A stretch of 64,000 nt of DNA, from contig NC_043009.1 of NCBI RefSeq assembly GCF_006345805.1, positions 67,890,001 to 67,954,000 of the forward strand, given 5' to 3'. The position numbers and the translations under genes were made by a program. Every line of letters begins with the position of its first letter. Position 1 is the stretch's first letter. Origin of the DNA: Octopus sinensis. Lineage: Eukaryota. The notes beneath the pieces are model-generated. The model was not told the origin of the DNA. It made no database searches and worked only from the letters and a program-made list of their open reading frames with translations. This document shows positions 13,813 to 26,814 of this stretch, piece after piece.

Positions 13813-14683
13813 AATAATAAATTTTAAAAGAAATGTAACCGCTGTTGCCGTGAAACTCCTGATGAGACCAACATAAGCAGAACTGTGATTCAAGGACTTT
13901 TGGTCTTGTCCACCGAGTCTGTAGGCGCCATATGCAGGTCTATATTATCTTATGAATGTTTGTGGTTTTCAGATTATCGGGTGGGATTTGAGGGAAAGTT
14001 TTCTTCCATTTCTAGCAAAGTTGAACGACCATTTATAGTCTTGTTCGCTAGCCTGCGAGTGTGTGTGTCTCAGTGCAACGTTAATGCTTGTGTATGTATG
14101 TATGTATGTATGTATGTATGTGTGTGTGTGTGTGTATGTGTGGGTGTGTCTGCGTACGTAAGTTTGTTTCTACATGAGAATCTGTAGTTGTTCGCTTGAT
14201 AGCGTCTGTATGTTTGCGTGTGCATTTTGTGATTGGTTTATGTTTGAGTGTGTGCAGGCGTTTGTGTGTGTGTGTGTATGTGTGTGTGGTGTAGTAGTAG
14301 TAGTAGGAGTAGTAGTAGTAGTAGTAGTAGTAGCAGTTGTAGTTGTAGTGGTTGAAAAATGTAATGGTTGTTTGTGAGTGTATACAAATGTGCGTGTTTG
14401 TGTACATAGATTTGAGTGCGAACATGTACAGTTACACGACATAATGGAAGCTTACTTGAGTGTGCCTGTGTGTATAATGAGTGTATATGTGTGTGTGTGC
14501 ATCTGTGTTTGTGAATGTGTGTGTGTGTGTGCGTGTTTGTGTATCCTTTTTGCGTATCTGTAATTTTGTGTCTGTGAGTGTGTTTTTGTGTGTCTGTGTT
14601 TGTGCACAAATTCTACTTGTACGTGTCGAAACCGACTCACCTGCCATTTCTAATTAACGAACAGATCTTGGAATGTGCACAGG

Positions 14684-14722
<39 letters not shown>

Positions 14723-14859
14723 GAATATCGTATGTGCATTTGTGTACATTTGTGTCTGTCCGTTTCTCGCTTATACGTTAATCTTCCCTGTATTTGCATG
14801 TTGAGCTGTGCGCATGAGTGTGCGTAAGAAAAGTAGTCTATATTCTCTCTCTCTCTCCC

Positions 14860-14905
<46 letters not shown>

Positions 14906-14973
14906 CCTCTCTCTATTTATCTATCTGCCCTGTCGCTCTCTATATAAGTGTATAGACCTATACGCACACATAC

Positions 14974-15070
<97 letters not shown>

Positions 15071-15359
15071 TACATATATGCAAGTATATGAGAGCGAGAG
15101 GGGGCAACGTGTGTACGAGGCTGATTGTTTTGGTGAGCATCATTCAAACTTGTGCTTAGGTGTAGAAATATGTGTGTTTGAATGTAGTGCGCTAACGTAG
15201 CGCTTTCGTTGCAACAATGCATAACATCTACTTCATATTGTGCACGTGTGTGTGTGTGCACGCGCGTGCGTATATAAACACACATATATATATACATATA
15301 TATATATACATACATACATATATGTATATATATATATATATATGTGACCTCGTGTGTAC

Positions 15360-15545
15360 CGTTGGCGATTTTTTCCCTCAGTCTTCCCTTCTCTGGATCT
15401 TTCCTTCTCCTATGTTTCCGACGAAGAGCTCCTCTCGAAACGTTAAACCCCCCTTCTTCCCTTTCCTGAGCGTCCAATAATACTATATTTGTTCCACATC
15501 CTCGCGTTGTTGTGTTTTTTTTTGTGTTTTATTGTTTGGATTAAC
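15360..15545 (+). mobile_element. PLE-like terminal repeat fragment with HHR-like motif (15414-15448)
   Basis: GTTT-CCGACGA-A-GAG(CTCCT)CTC-GAAACGT-T-AAAC; downstream CCTGAGCGT..AATA segment shared with copies at 1431, 26815, 52375 and 53115. Confidence 0.55.
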
Positions 15546-15939
15546 TTTATATACATACATATATGTATATCAAAGTTTTGCAAATTTTTGGAAACTTATT
15601 TTCTTTAATCATCAAATTACGCGAAAAGAAGTCTCGCATCCATAGTAGAGAGGCCATTTGTGTTGCGCCGTTTAAAGTCAATTTTTCTGCCCGTTTTTTT
15701 GACCTCACGTTGGGCACCAGTCACTAAAGTTTTCACCTTCTCTTAGTTGATGAAACATCGCAAACGCAGGAAGTGAACCATGGATCGGAACAGTAAAGTT
15801 CTTCGCTTCGAAGGACAAGAATTGGTATCCGCTTGGATCAAAGAACTGGGAGAAAAGTGACTTCGGACAGTGCACACGATGGCCTCTACTTTGAATTGTA
15901 AGCTGCTTTTGTTGCAACTTTACGGATTAAGCAAACGAA

Positions 15940-16430
15940 TCGCCAGAATATTGTAAAACCTTTGCCTCGGTTCCCATTCAACGTATCATAAAATATTACT
16001 AAAAGCTTCTCAATTTTAAAAGATAAGTATTACCTAATCACCCACCATCACCGAGAACTATTTACTAGAAATAACCTTAAATTAAATTACAGCTGTATTT
16101 CTAACACCAAAGACAAAAGATGATAGTCAAATAAACTAAATGGTGTTAACTACAAATGTTGGAACTTGAACTCATGCCACCCCCAACCTTTAATAAATCA
16201 TGCAACACTTTAGGGGTTCTTTATGAAATAGAAGTCACCTCTAACTCATCAAATCTTAATATCGTGCATAAACTCTTTACAGGTGTGACGGAAAGTAAAT
16301 TTAAACAATGATACTTTCACCCCATGTAGCCTTTCAGAAATATAGAAAAGATAGGTACAACAAAGCTATCAAATAATGTCTGGAATTTGAAAGAGCACAC
16401 TATTTGACTCAAATTGACTTGGGGAAAAAA
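15940..16430 (+). mobile_element. Penelope-like element, decayed RT C-terminus and GIY-YIG endonuclease
   Basis: Across frameshifts: RFPFNVS*NITKSF, DKYY..HHHRELFTRNNLKLNYSC, CWNLNSC, GVLYEIEV, FTGVTESKFKQ, TKLSNNVWNLKE..LTW. Confidence 0.75.
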
Positions 16431-16434
16431 CTTG

Positions 16435-16792
16435 CACGGCCGGCATGTCGTGGCACTCCCTTGAATGGTTTAGTCAAACAATCGACCCCAGTACACATTA
16501 GACTTTTGTATTTATTCTATCAGTCTCTCTCTCTCTCTCTTTTTTTTAATATAGAATTGCTATAATACAGGGAAGAAGCCAACATTAGTTGCCAAGAGGT
16601 GTTGGGGGACAAACACAAACACAAAGACACACACATACGCGGCGGGTTTCTTTCAGTTTCTTCCTACCAAATCCATTCACAAAATTTTACTCGACCTGGG
16701 ATTAGAGTGAAAAGTACTCGCCCAGGGTGCTCTGCAATGGGACAGAAACCAAGACGACATAGTGGGGGAAATAAGCTTCTTACCCACACAGA
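16435..16792 (-). mobile_element. SINE family B, diverged
   Basis: Matches the reverse complement of family B body (TTTCTTTCAGTTTC..CTACCAAATCCA..CACAA) and tail (AATCGACCCCAG). Confidence 0.7.
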
Positions 16793-17597
16793 AATTTTCT
16801 AAATGCTAGATCAGAAATATTTACTAAATGACAGCAATTTTTTGAACTATTGAAATATCATTCTACCTGATTCTTCAGATCAATACTTATGCTTATAACA
16901 AAGAACAATCATACATTATTTCCCCTTTATTTTCCTACACTTAACCTACTGATATATATTCGTGATTTTCACTATATTGCTAACAATAATACACTTTTAG
17001 ACATTTTATCTTTCAGAGCACATTTCTATATAGTACAATAGTCTAACAATTAGCCATTCATTATCAACCTTCGCAGTCTTCCGTTCCCGCTCCAGCTTTA
17101 GCCGGTCCTCATCTCACCGTTTACCATAATGGCCTCTTTGTTACATTTTTTTTTATTCTTGACATTCCATATTTCTTTACACATATGCATGGTTTTTATC
17201 TTCTACGCTCTTACTTCTGCCATCGTTTACCAATAGTTTAGATATGTATTTTGCGTATCTTCCACGTTCTTCAACTTTTAAATGCGTATATACATACATA
17301 CACACCACACACACCTATATTTCACTCTCTATATTTCTAGCCCCACTCTGAAAATAACTGACCTTCTACAACGAAAATATTTTAAAACCGAAGTTTTAAA
17401 TCCTTACGCACACACACACACACACACACACACGCGCACACACACGCACACACACACACACACACGCACATTGAATGTCAGAGATACTTTAGCAACATTT
17501 TCAGTTGTTCCTGGTTGGATTATGTCGCCCGATGATTATTTTAACTAAGCACAAAAAAATGAGGTTTCGATGCATTATCACTAACGGATTCTATCAC

Positions 17598-17633
<36 letters not shown>

Positions 17634-17750
17634 CGTGTATGCTGTTTAACACCTTTATTTGTGAATTACGACTACCATTGGTTTCATCTTATAACCACCA
17701 AATCAAGCGCTCATTTTCATCGTTCGACATTTACGTGTATATATATATAT

Positions 17751-17831
<81 letters not shown>

Positions 17832-18929
17832 GGTATGTATGTATTGGAACAGCTGAGCTGAGCTGAAGTTAATTCGTAATTCTTCTGTCTAATTTTGGTA
17901 ATATTAAAGAAAGCAGTTATCCCGAGAGAGAAGAGCAGCGTGACGAATGCAAAAAGTTGTATTTTTCTAATTTTCAGTTCAGAAACATAAATCAACGAAT
18001 TTGATGCTGCTGTCCAGATTTAAGTAATCAATGTTAGTTAACTCCTTAACTCCATTTACAATAATCCATGGTTTTTATTTGAAGACTTGAAACATGCTTT
18101 TTCTTATGAAAATACCTCAAAAGAGGTGTTGTTTAACCACAGAACAACTTCCATCGAACAGACCTGCAATAGAAAAGTCTAACCGTGATCATTTTATTTT
18201 TCTCGGACACTTTAATTCAGCCTACATTATTTAATATCTTCCTCGATATCTATTAAAAAAGACATTGTGAATTGAGAAAAGAAAATGTCTGCTTTATCTT
18301 GTAGGCCAAAGTATGACATAGAGTCACTAGCGCTGGCTTCTCTGAGGAGATGCAATTGCAGTCAATGTCTCAGCCGTGGGGGTAATTTATCCGCCAAGCG
18401 CAGAACAGTTGGTGCGAGATGAGATCAACGTGGCATCGACTTTTGAACACAAACACACTCACACACACTCATACACACAATCTACACACAGATGCCCATC
18501 CCTACACGCATACACTATTACATGCAACAGGTTGTGATCGAAGCTATTGTAGAAACCCAGTGTCAACATGGATAGAAACGCTTAAGACCATTCTGGCCTG
18601 GAATTGGCGTCTTCAGACACCTGAGAGGTGTTCAGATAAGCACTTTTATGTATTGAATATCTCTGTTTGCATAAAATCTCAGTTTGCTTCGAAAAAGGAG
18701 CTACTCTTGTCACGAAGCGCCTCTTTTGAGACGTTTTGGCGACAAAGATTTCCTGACAATGATTCTGCGCAAAACCATTTTGGAGTTTTGGCACTGAGAC
18801 GTTTTCTGCGCCGACAAAATTCTGTTAGTATTTTACATAACAACTAACTAAAAATTATTAATTGTGCATAAATAACCATGGAAACAAAAAAGATACAGAG
18901 ATGCTAATAATTGCCAATACACGCACACA

Positions 18930-19119
18930 CACATACACACACACAAAACATATATATGTATACATAATAGATATATACATATATATATATATATACACTA
19001 CATATATATATATACATACATATATATATATACATATATCTAACATATATATACATATATATATATATATCTATATATAATATATATATTATATATATAT
19101 ATATATACACATATATATC

Positions 19120-19180
<61 letters not shown>

Positions 19181-19251
19181 ACTATTCCACATATATATAC
19201 ATTTATATATATATATATATATCCATTCCGAATACAACAATATATGTATAC

Positions 19252-19305
<54 letters not shown>

Positions 19306-19410
19306 CGTAATATATATATATATATAATCTATATATAAGTATATATATATATTATATTATATATATATTATATATATATAATATACATTTATATACCTAT
19401 ATATATACGT
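18930..19410. repeat. Large imperfect (TA)n array
   Basis: Direct reading. Similar (TA)n/(CA)n/(TATG)n blocks occur at about 275-480, 1290-1910, 2250-2745, 8105-8315, 9700-11030, 11780-12190, 23240-23495, 29220-29490, 34975-35160, 35700-36810, 39280-39530, 52125-52380 and elsewhere. Confidence 0.95.
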
Positions 19411-20306
19411 GGGTGTGTATAGATAATACACTCTTTTATTAACAATAATCTCTTGCAATGTCATGTAAACAGCAATAAGTATGTTTTATTTCATTTTCAT
19501 TTCATTGCATTTTGATATTTCTGCCTTTTTCTCTCTCTTTACCATTCTCTCTCTCCCCCTCACTCTGTCTGTCTGTATCTCCCTCCCTCTCTCTCTCTCC
19601 CTGTCTCTCTTACTGCTCTTGTTTGCTTTTCTCTGTCTCCGTCTCTCCGTACAATGGATTCTAATTTCGAACTACTTCACCTGTGTATCTAACGATCGCC
19701 CGAAGCATTTAATATACGTCTACGCGTCGCAATATCTGAGGCTTTTGTCTATTTCTGCATACTTGATAACTAGGTTTTAAAATTGTACGTAGACATTACC
19801 ATAATTAAACTGAATGCCTACGAAGATAAACCCTAAAGAACCAGTTTCTAAACCAGAAAGTATAAAAGGAAAAAAAAAAGAAAAACGGAGCAAAACAAAA
19901 AGAGAAATCATTTTAGAACTTTTAAGATTCACATTTGTCACGTGGCAAAATGCAAATAGTTTGATTTAAATAAAGAAACAAAAATAACATTTACACATTA
20001 ACATTGTGATTTAACTGTTGTCTGATTAGGTTGGCTCATATTTCCCGTCAAGTGTTGCTGTTAATTTCCAGATTTGTTTTTCGCTGTTGGTGTACTTGTT
20101 GTTGTTGTGTTGGTGGTGGTGGTGGTGTTGTGTTGCTGTTGTTGTTGTTTAGGCCTAGACAATTCTGACGGAGTAAACCTGCCAAAGCACTTCCGACGTG
20201 ACCAACACAACTATTCCCTAAATATTTATCGCACAACATTATCCGCTGTGCCCTCCATGTTTTAAGAGAGTATGGAGTGGTTCAAGGTAAGTTTAGCAGC
20301 CATTTC

Positions 20307-20850
20307 GTAGGCGCAGGTGTGGACGAGTGGTGAGAAGTTTGCTTCCCAACCACGTGGCTCCGGGTTCAGTCCCATTGCGTGGTACCTTGGGCCAGGGTCT
20401 TCTACTTTAGCCTTAGACCGACCAAAGACTTGTGAGTGGATTTGGTAGGCGGAAATTCAAAGAAGCCCATCATATATATATATTTATAATTTTATTTGTT
20501 AGGGAATAAAAATTCCGGCATAACAGGGGTTCAAATTATTCTCAATGAAGAAATATATGAGATGAAGGGGCTCACTATCTCTAAATGATATATATATATA
20601 TATACACTTACATATCTATATTTATGTGTGTTTGTGTGTTTTCGTGTCTGTGTTTGTGCCCTCATCACCGCTTGACAACAAGCGTTGGTGTGTCTACGTA
20701 CCTGTAACTTAGCAGTTCATCAAAAGAGGCCGTCAGAATAATTACCAGGCTTTTAAAAAATAAGTACTGGGGGTGAATCGTTCGAGTAAAATTCTTCAAA
20801 GTAGTGTTCCGTCAAGGCCGCTGTCTAATGACTGAAACCTGTAAAAGATA
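20307..20850 (+). mobile_element. SINE family B, full length, with a ~105-bp insert in its internal (TA)n
   Basis: Head TAGGCGCAGGTGTGG..GGTTCAGTCCCATTGCGTGGTACCTTGGG; tail ATGACTGAAACCTGTAAAAGATA; flanked by 46-47-bp diverged direct repeats. Confidence 0.85.
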
Positions 20851-21776
20851 TATTTTTAGAGAGTATGGAGTGATTAGAGGGACGTTTGGCTGCCATTTCC
20901 AGCAGGTTAAGCATAGATGCATTCTTATTTTGGCTTATTCTAGTCACTGTAGTTAGATCTCGCGGAAACCAGTCATAAATTTCTACAAAGAAGCCATTGC
21001 AACCGAGACATGTCAACAGACACAATCTACTCGTGAAATATAATATAAACATACATTAAATATAATACATAAAAATGTTGTCTGTCTAATTCACGAAATG
21101 GCGGAATCTTAGTCATGATTTGATCATCTCATCAGGTAACAGTTTTTTGTCGGAGGAATGTGTTTTGGAATACTGTCGTTCGCTCTTTAAAAAAAAAATT
21201 GAAGCAGATATCTGAAAAACGCTGCTTCATATATTGGTACAGAATCATGATTTCAGTTGGGTTTTTTATTTCTGCTATTTTATTGCCTGTTTCTTTTCCT
21301 TCTTTGCTTTAATTATGACAATGTTTGTGTGGAATTCTAGGACCTAGTTAACAAGTATATTGGAATCGGTAAAAGTAGCCAGCTTTCAACAAGAATCATT
21401 TTTACTTCAGCCCGGAAGACTCAGATATTGCGACTTTTATACGTTTAACAAGTGTTTGGAATAGTTGTACGATAGACAGGTGAAGTAGGTTGAAATTAGA
21501 ATCCAGTGTACACAGACACACTCACTTATAGAAACATACTCACGCGTGTACACCTACACACCCGTATATATGTCACGTGCGTAAAGCTTAGACAAACATA
21601 CACTTTCTTGTTGCCTGTGAGATCAGACATACCGAAGAATTTAAGTAGCGACGAAGTGACTCTTTGGCTTCGAAAGAATAAATAAAATTCTACTATATCA
21701 TATAAGGAGTACGGTTTTCTCGTCGGTTCATTCAAACGCGAGTGTGTGTATGTGTGCGTGTGTTAGTGAATGTGTA

Positions 21777-21841
<65 letters not shown>

Positions 21842-23277
21842 GATAGATAGATAGATGCATATGTCTGTGCATATATGTATATATATATATATGTATATAT
21901 ATATGTATGTGTATATGTACATATATATATATATGTATATATATCTATACACGTGCGCTCACCCTCACATGCAGTATATTTATCTACGAATGGTAAAAAA
22001 AACCAAAAAACTATTCACCACTGAACCAGTTTTCTTCTAAAACCCATTATTTCTCTTTTCCTCTTTTACGAAATTCTATTTCTAATCTCTTCCATTTCCT
22101 TAGTAAATTCTTTGTTATTCTTCCAAAAGTTGTCTATTAGATTCTTCGATTCCCTTTTATCGGCCTTTCAAATGTGCAGAGATTTTACCATCAGGTAGTA
22201 AATGTGTGTCAGATTGATAAATTCCATCTTACATTCTCATCGATAATGGCAATTTATGAAGAGAGGAGTTTAGAAAAATGGCTTCAAGTAATAGGTACGT
22301 TTTCACTCATTCTCTGTGTATTGGGCTTTGCTTTTCGCATGCTAAAGAAGTAAGTTGTGTTGAAATATTGTCAATGAAGCCATGGGTAGGTATGCTTGTT
22401 TCTTTGTGTGAAGAATTTCATACAGAATATTTCCAATAATTCATAATGAAATCTTGATATTTATAATTGCTTCAAGAATATTTTTGCAAAACGTTTTTCT
22501 TGTATTAATAATTTTTTGCTGCCTACGATGGCTGAAATGATTGGCACTTCGTTCTTCTATGGTTTATGTTTATTTTTTCGGATGCATCTTAGCAAAGACG
22601 GTTCAACAAAGAGACTTGACAAAGATAAAACAGATGTTTATGTCAGGAAAATCGCACAAACGAAATCAAAGAAAAAAATTCCATCAGAATATAGGACAGA
22701 GCTAAAGATAACAGGAAAATATTTAATTTCCTTTTTATTAAAGTATTGCTTTGCTTCCTTGAGGCAGATGCATTGTTAGTCTACGGGAAAGACTGGTGAC
22801 AATATGACCAACGTAATTTTTGTTATGAAAATTAAAACTTTCATGATTTCTGAGTTGTTTCTAGTACAACTATTTAACGACCAATCTATCTATCAGTACA
22901 TGCATAAACCTGTACACGTGTAACTGTGCAGGAATGTCTGTGTATGGAAAACGAATGCACACACACACCGTTTTGTGCTTACTTAAGGAATAAACACTCA
23001 CTATACATATAAATACATATACAGAATTGTGCAGAACACACATCTTCATTCTCCTCCATTGTACATACATGTAAGTGTACAAGGATAACTATCTAAGCAT
23101 GTTTACGGTAAATAAACGAATCTACACTCTCTCGTGTGCTTACATAAACACTTATTATGAATATCATTTACATTCACATATTCAGATATATGAGGCTCAT
23201 AACATTACGCTACATGCATAGCCACACACAAATATATGTAATTAAATATATATATATATATATATAATATATATATA

Positions 23278-23372
<95 letters not shown>

Positions 23373-23709
23373 ATATATACAGACATGCACACACACATAT
23401 ATATATATGCATATACATATGTGCATATATACGTATGTATATATATATATATATATATAATATATATATATAGTATATATACATATATATATATTTGGTA
23501 AAATAGAAAGATGAATAATCTTGTTGCAGATTAATCAAAAGTTTAACCGATACCTTGGTAGCAAAAATCCCGGCAGAAGAAAGCACGGCTGGAGATAAAA
23601 CCTTTTGGTGTTGCAACCGTGCGTTGGTGCGGATAATTGAATTTTAGTATTATTAGTGAATTGAAGAAATGGAGTTGAACGAAGATTGAACAGAATTCCT
23701 TTTATTGCA

Positions 23710-23813
23710 TTCTACACATGTTTCAAAAGCCACAATTTTCCAAATTCTGATTAAATAAGGATCCCATATTCTGATTAAATAAGGATCCCATATTGTGGCT
23801 TTCTCTTCAGGAA
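23710..23813 (-). ncRNA. Type-I hammerhead ribozyme motif (left arm)
   Basis: Minus strand: TTC-CTGAAGA-GAAAGCCACAAT...ATTGTGGCTTTT (12-bp stem II)-GAA-ACATGTGT-A-GAA. GUA triplet; stem III self-complementary; distal stem I GAATTCCT/AGGAATTC. Confidence 0.7.
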
Positions 23814-23916
23814 AAAATAGGAATTCCGTTGGCAGAACGAAACAGAACAGAGGCCTCGTTCAATTGCTTTGCTGCGCCTCTGTTCTGTTCGTTCTGCCAA
23901 CGGAATTCCTATTTTT

Positions 23917-23996
23917 TTCCTGAAGAGAAAGCCACAATATGGGATCCTTATTTAATCAGAATTTGGAAAATTGTGGCTTTTGAAACATGTATAGAA
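23917..23996 (+). ncRNA. Type-I hammerhead ribozyme motif (right arm)
   Basis: Core CTGAAGA 23920-23926; stem II 23927-23938/23970-23981; GAAA 23982-23985; ACATGTAT-A-GAA (AUA triplet, one stem III mismatch relative to the left arm). Confidence 0.6.
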
Positions 23997-24073
23997 TGCA
24001 ATAAAAGGAATTCTGTTCAATCTTCGTTCAACTCCATTTCTTCAATTCACTAATAATACACATATATATACAC

Positions 24074-24145
<72 letters not shown>

Positions 24146-24146
24146 C

Positions 24147-24231
<85 letters not shown>

Positions 24232-24878
24232 TTACATATATGCACATATGTATATATATATTTCTTTTCATAGTCTGTAGTGGTATGCATACACGTACAC
24301 AAAATCATAGGAATTGTGCACGTGTACAGTTCTGCGTAAATGCATCTAGATAACACTGTCAATGTTTTTATTCAAAAGTGAACGAGGAAGTCTCCATGTG
24401 ATAGCTTTATATGATAAAATAGCAGCCAAATCTCCCATAAATAAGACATACGTCTTGAAAATGAAGGACACATTGGATGATATCTAGATATAATGTCTGA
24501 AAACTAAAAGACGGAATAATGATGAATAAATTGTGTTTGTTCACAGATCTTCTCGATGAAGTCTGGCATAGGTTTCAACAACAGCATCAATTAACGCGCA
24601 TATTTAGACGTGCCACAAATAGGGTTCCCAGACGCATCGGAAAAATACACGGGTACAGGACACACAACGGGCATATATCTTACATAACGCACTCACACAC
24701 ATACACACATACACACAGAGCATAGCATATACACGCGTCCCAGCATACACACACAAACAGATTAAACTAGTTGTGGTATTTAGTTACGTCCCTGTGCGCC
24801 CTGAGGTGAAAGCTCGCCAGTTGTAGTACCACTAGTTATTGTAGCACTAACAACAACAACAACAACAACAACAACGGC

Positions 24879-24919
<41 letters not shown>

Positions 24920-25423
24920 GATTGGAAGTGTTATCATGTACATTGTTTTGTCTTGGTATAAAAGATGGACTACAGCAAATATTCTGCCCAATACCACAGA
25001 TTTACTTGTCAGTTGTTTGACCTTAACTAGTTGAGCATGTTCCTTAGTGGCTGACGATATGTGCATCTCTGATCACGAGCAGAAGTAGTGGGGGAGCATC
25101 ATAGCCATGTGTTGAGAGGGATTCTTTGGGGTTTGAATAATTCACCTTTGGAAACATGGGTGGTTCTTTCAACATACTTAAACAACCCTTATTCAGGGAC
25201 CTTTTGAGCGGGATGGGCTACTCAACCTGAAGAAAATTCTAACTGGGCCCCACCTGCAAGGTCATGTGCTGTTTATCTTGATATGAGATCACCATGTCGC
25301 GCACATATGTTGTGATGCATGTGCCTGGTGTACCCTTATCAGACGGGTAGTCATGATGGGTATATTGGGCTTCGTATATTTTACCCCAGTGTCACTTTGA
25401 TGGCATGAACTGCTCTCTCACTC
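24920..25423 (+). mobile_element. (TAA)n-embedded repeat, probable 3' end/UTR of an RLE non-LTR element
   Basis: About 500 bp of complex sequence between (TAA)n tracts, ending CTCTCTCACTC-AATAATAAT. No clear coding motif was seen. Confidence 0.5.
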
Positions 25424-25459
25424 AATAATAATAAAATGATAATGATGATGATGATGATG

Positions 25460-25526
<67 letters not shown>

Positions 25527-25528
<2 letters not shown>

Positions 25529-25899
25529 GAGCATGTATGATAGTCGACATAGCATGCCTCGGTGACAACTGGATCAATGTGAAAGAAGAAGTAAAAATAA
25601 ACAACTATGGCGATTTAAAGTGGGAAATACGAAGGTTGTGGTTAATGAAGAAGGCAGACATGATACCAATAGTAATTAGAGCACTTGGAAGTATCAGCGC
25701 TCAACTACCAACATGGCTGAAAAAGATCGGTGCAAGTGCGAAGGTAGAACACATACAAAAATCAGCTTTGTTTGTAACTGCAAGAATTCTTCGTAGGGTT
25801 CTTGAAGCATGACCAGTAAACAAGTGTCATCTGAGTCTGCTGGCTGTGGACAGCTGACGCTTTCCATCATACCCAGCAATATAAGCTGTGAGTTTTCAT
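25527..25899 (+). mobile_element. 5'-truncated R4/Dong-like non-LTR retrotransposon (RLE domain and 3' UTR)
   Basis: ORF 25537-25812: CMIVDIACLGDNWINVKEEVKINNYGDLKWEIRRLW...IPIVIRALGSI...IQKSALFVTARILRRVLEA*, matching the restriction-like endonuclease C-terminus. (TAA)n lies on both sides. Confidence 0.85.
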
Positions 25900-26049
25900 A
25901 TAATAATAATGACAGCAACAATAATAATAATGATAATAATAATAATTCTTAAGTTTAGGCACATGACCAATAATAATATTCAAAGAAGAGGTTAGCCGAT
26001 AAAAGAGATTACTATATTTGATTTTATTTTATCGACTCCAGAAGAATGA

Positions 26050-26620
26050 GAAAACAATTTAGTTGGAAGACGAGAAAAAAATATAAATAATTCATGCATC
26101 AAACTGAGGATGTTGGAAATGAAGACCACTGATTGTTGCTGAGAGATTGACATCTGAAACGAGATAATGAATCACTTATTACAGCGGCTCAGGAATAAGC
26201 TATTAGAACGAAATGCATACAGATTGTTAGCTCAGTCAGACAACAAACGCAGAATGCGTGGAAAAAGAAAAAGAAAACGAAAATACTAATAATCTTCTAA
26301 GTTGTACAGTGATCTAGAACAAAAAGGGCATACCATTACGACCACGTGACAGAATCACGAGGCATGATTGTGCTTTAGGATGTTGGCTAAATCTGTGGCC
26401 GTAAAGTAGTCTTAACATGAGCCAGTGGCTGTCATGTTGGATGATAACTACAGGATTTCATATGATTTCCTGCTTAGAGACTCCTCGCCAACATCAGATA
26501 TGATCATGAAAACAGAAAGAAATGTAAAAGCGGTGACTTAGAAATTCTGCATAATAATGAAGTGGATAGTTTGGAAAATGCGACCATTATCGGAAGATGT
26601 TATCAAATATTTTGCTTAAC
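26050..26620 (+). mobile_element. Old decayed RLE non-LTR fragment (zinc knuckle to RLE)
   Basis: HLKRDNESLITAAQE*AIRT, SDNKRRMRGK (CCHC remnant), LLSCTV, HEPVAVMLDDNYRISYDFL (cf. HEP..V.EN...ILWDF). Confidence 0.65.
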
Positions 26621-26814
26621 GTCTATGTCTGGTATTATAGATTGTTGTTCCTTAGTATTTTTATATGTGGGACAACTCATATATTTAAATAACATATACT
26701 TAAATAACTGTACTGTCTAAATATAATGTTTACAATTTGATTACATCGAATATTCTTTATGTACGAATAGTTGAAGTTTGGTAGTTGATTGGGATAACAT
26801 TAGAATACAAATAC

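Larger units (their letters stand above)
23647..24059. repeat. 413-bp near-perfect inverted repeat (foldback) of a PLE-like terminal sequence
   Basis: Arms 23647-23854 and 23876-24059 with a 21-nt spacer. Differences between arms: one substitution, two 1-nt indels, and a 24-bp tandem duplication (ATTCTGATTAAATAAGGATCCCAT) in the left arm. Confidence 0.97.

Noticed and set aside
13859-13910. CTGATGAGACCAA...TTGGTC
   Set aside because: There is no GAAA after the putative stem II, so it is not a hammerhead.
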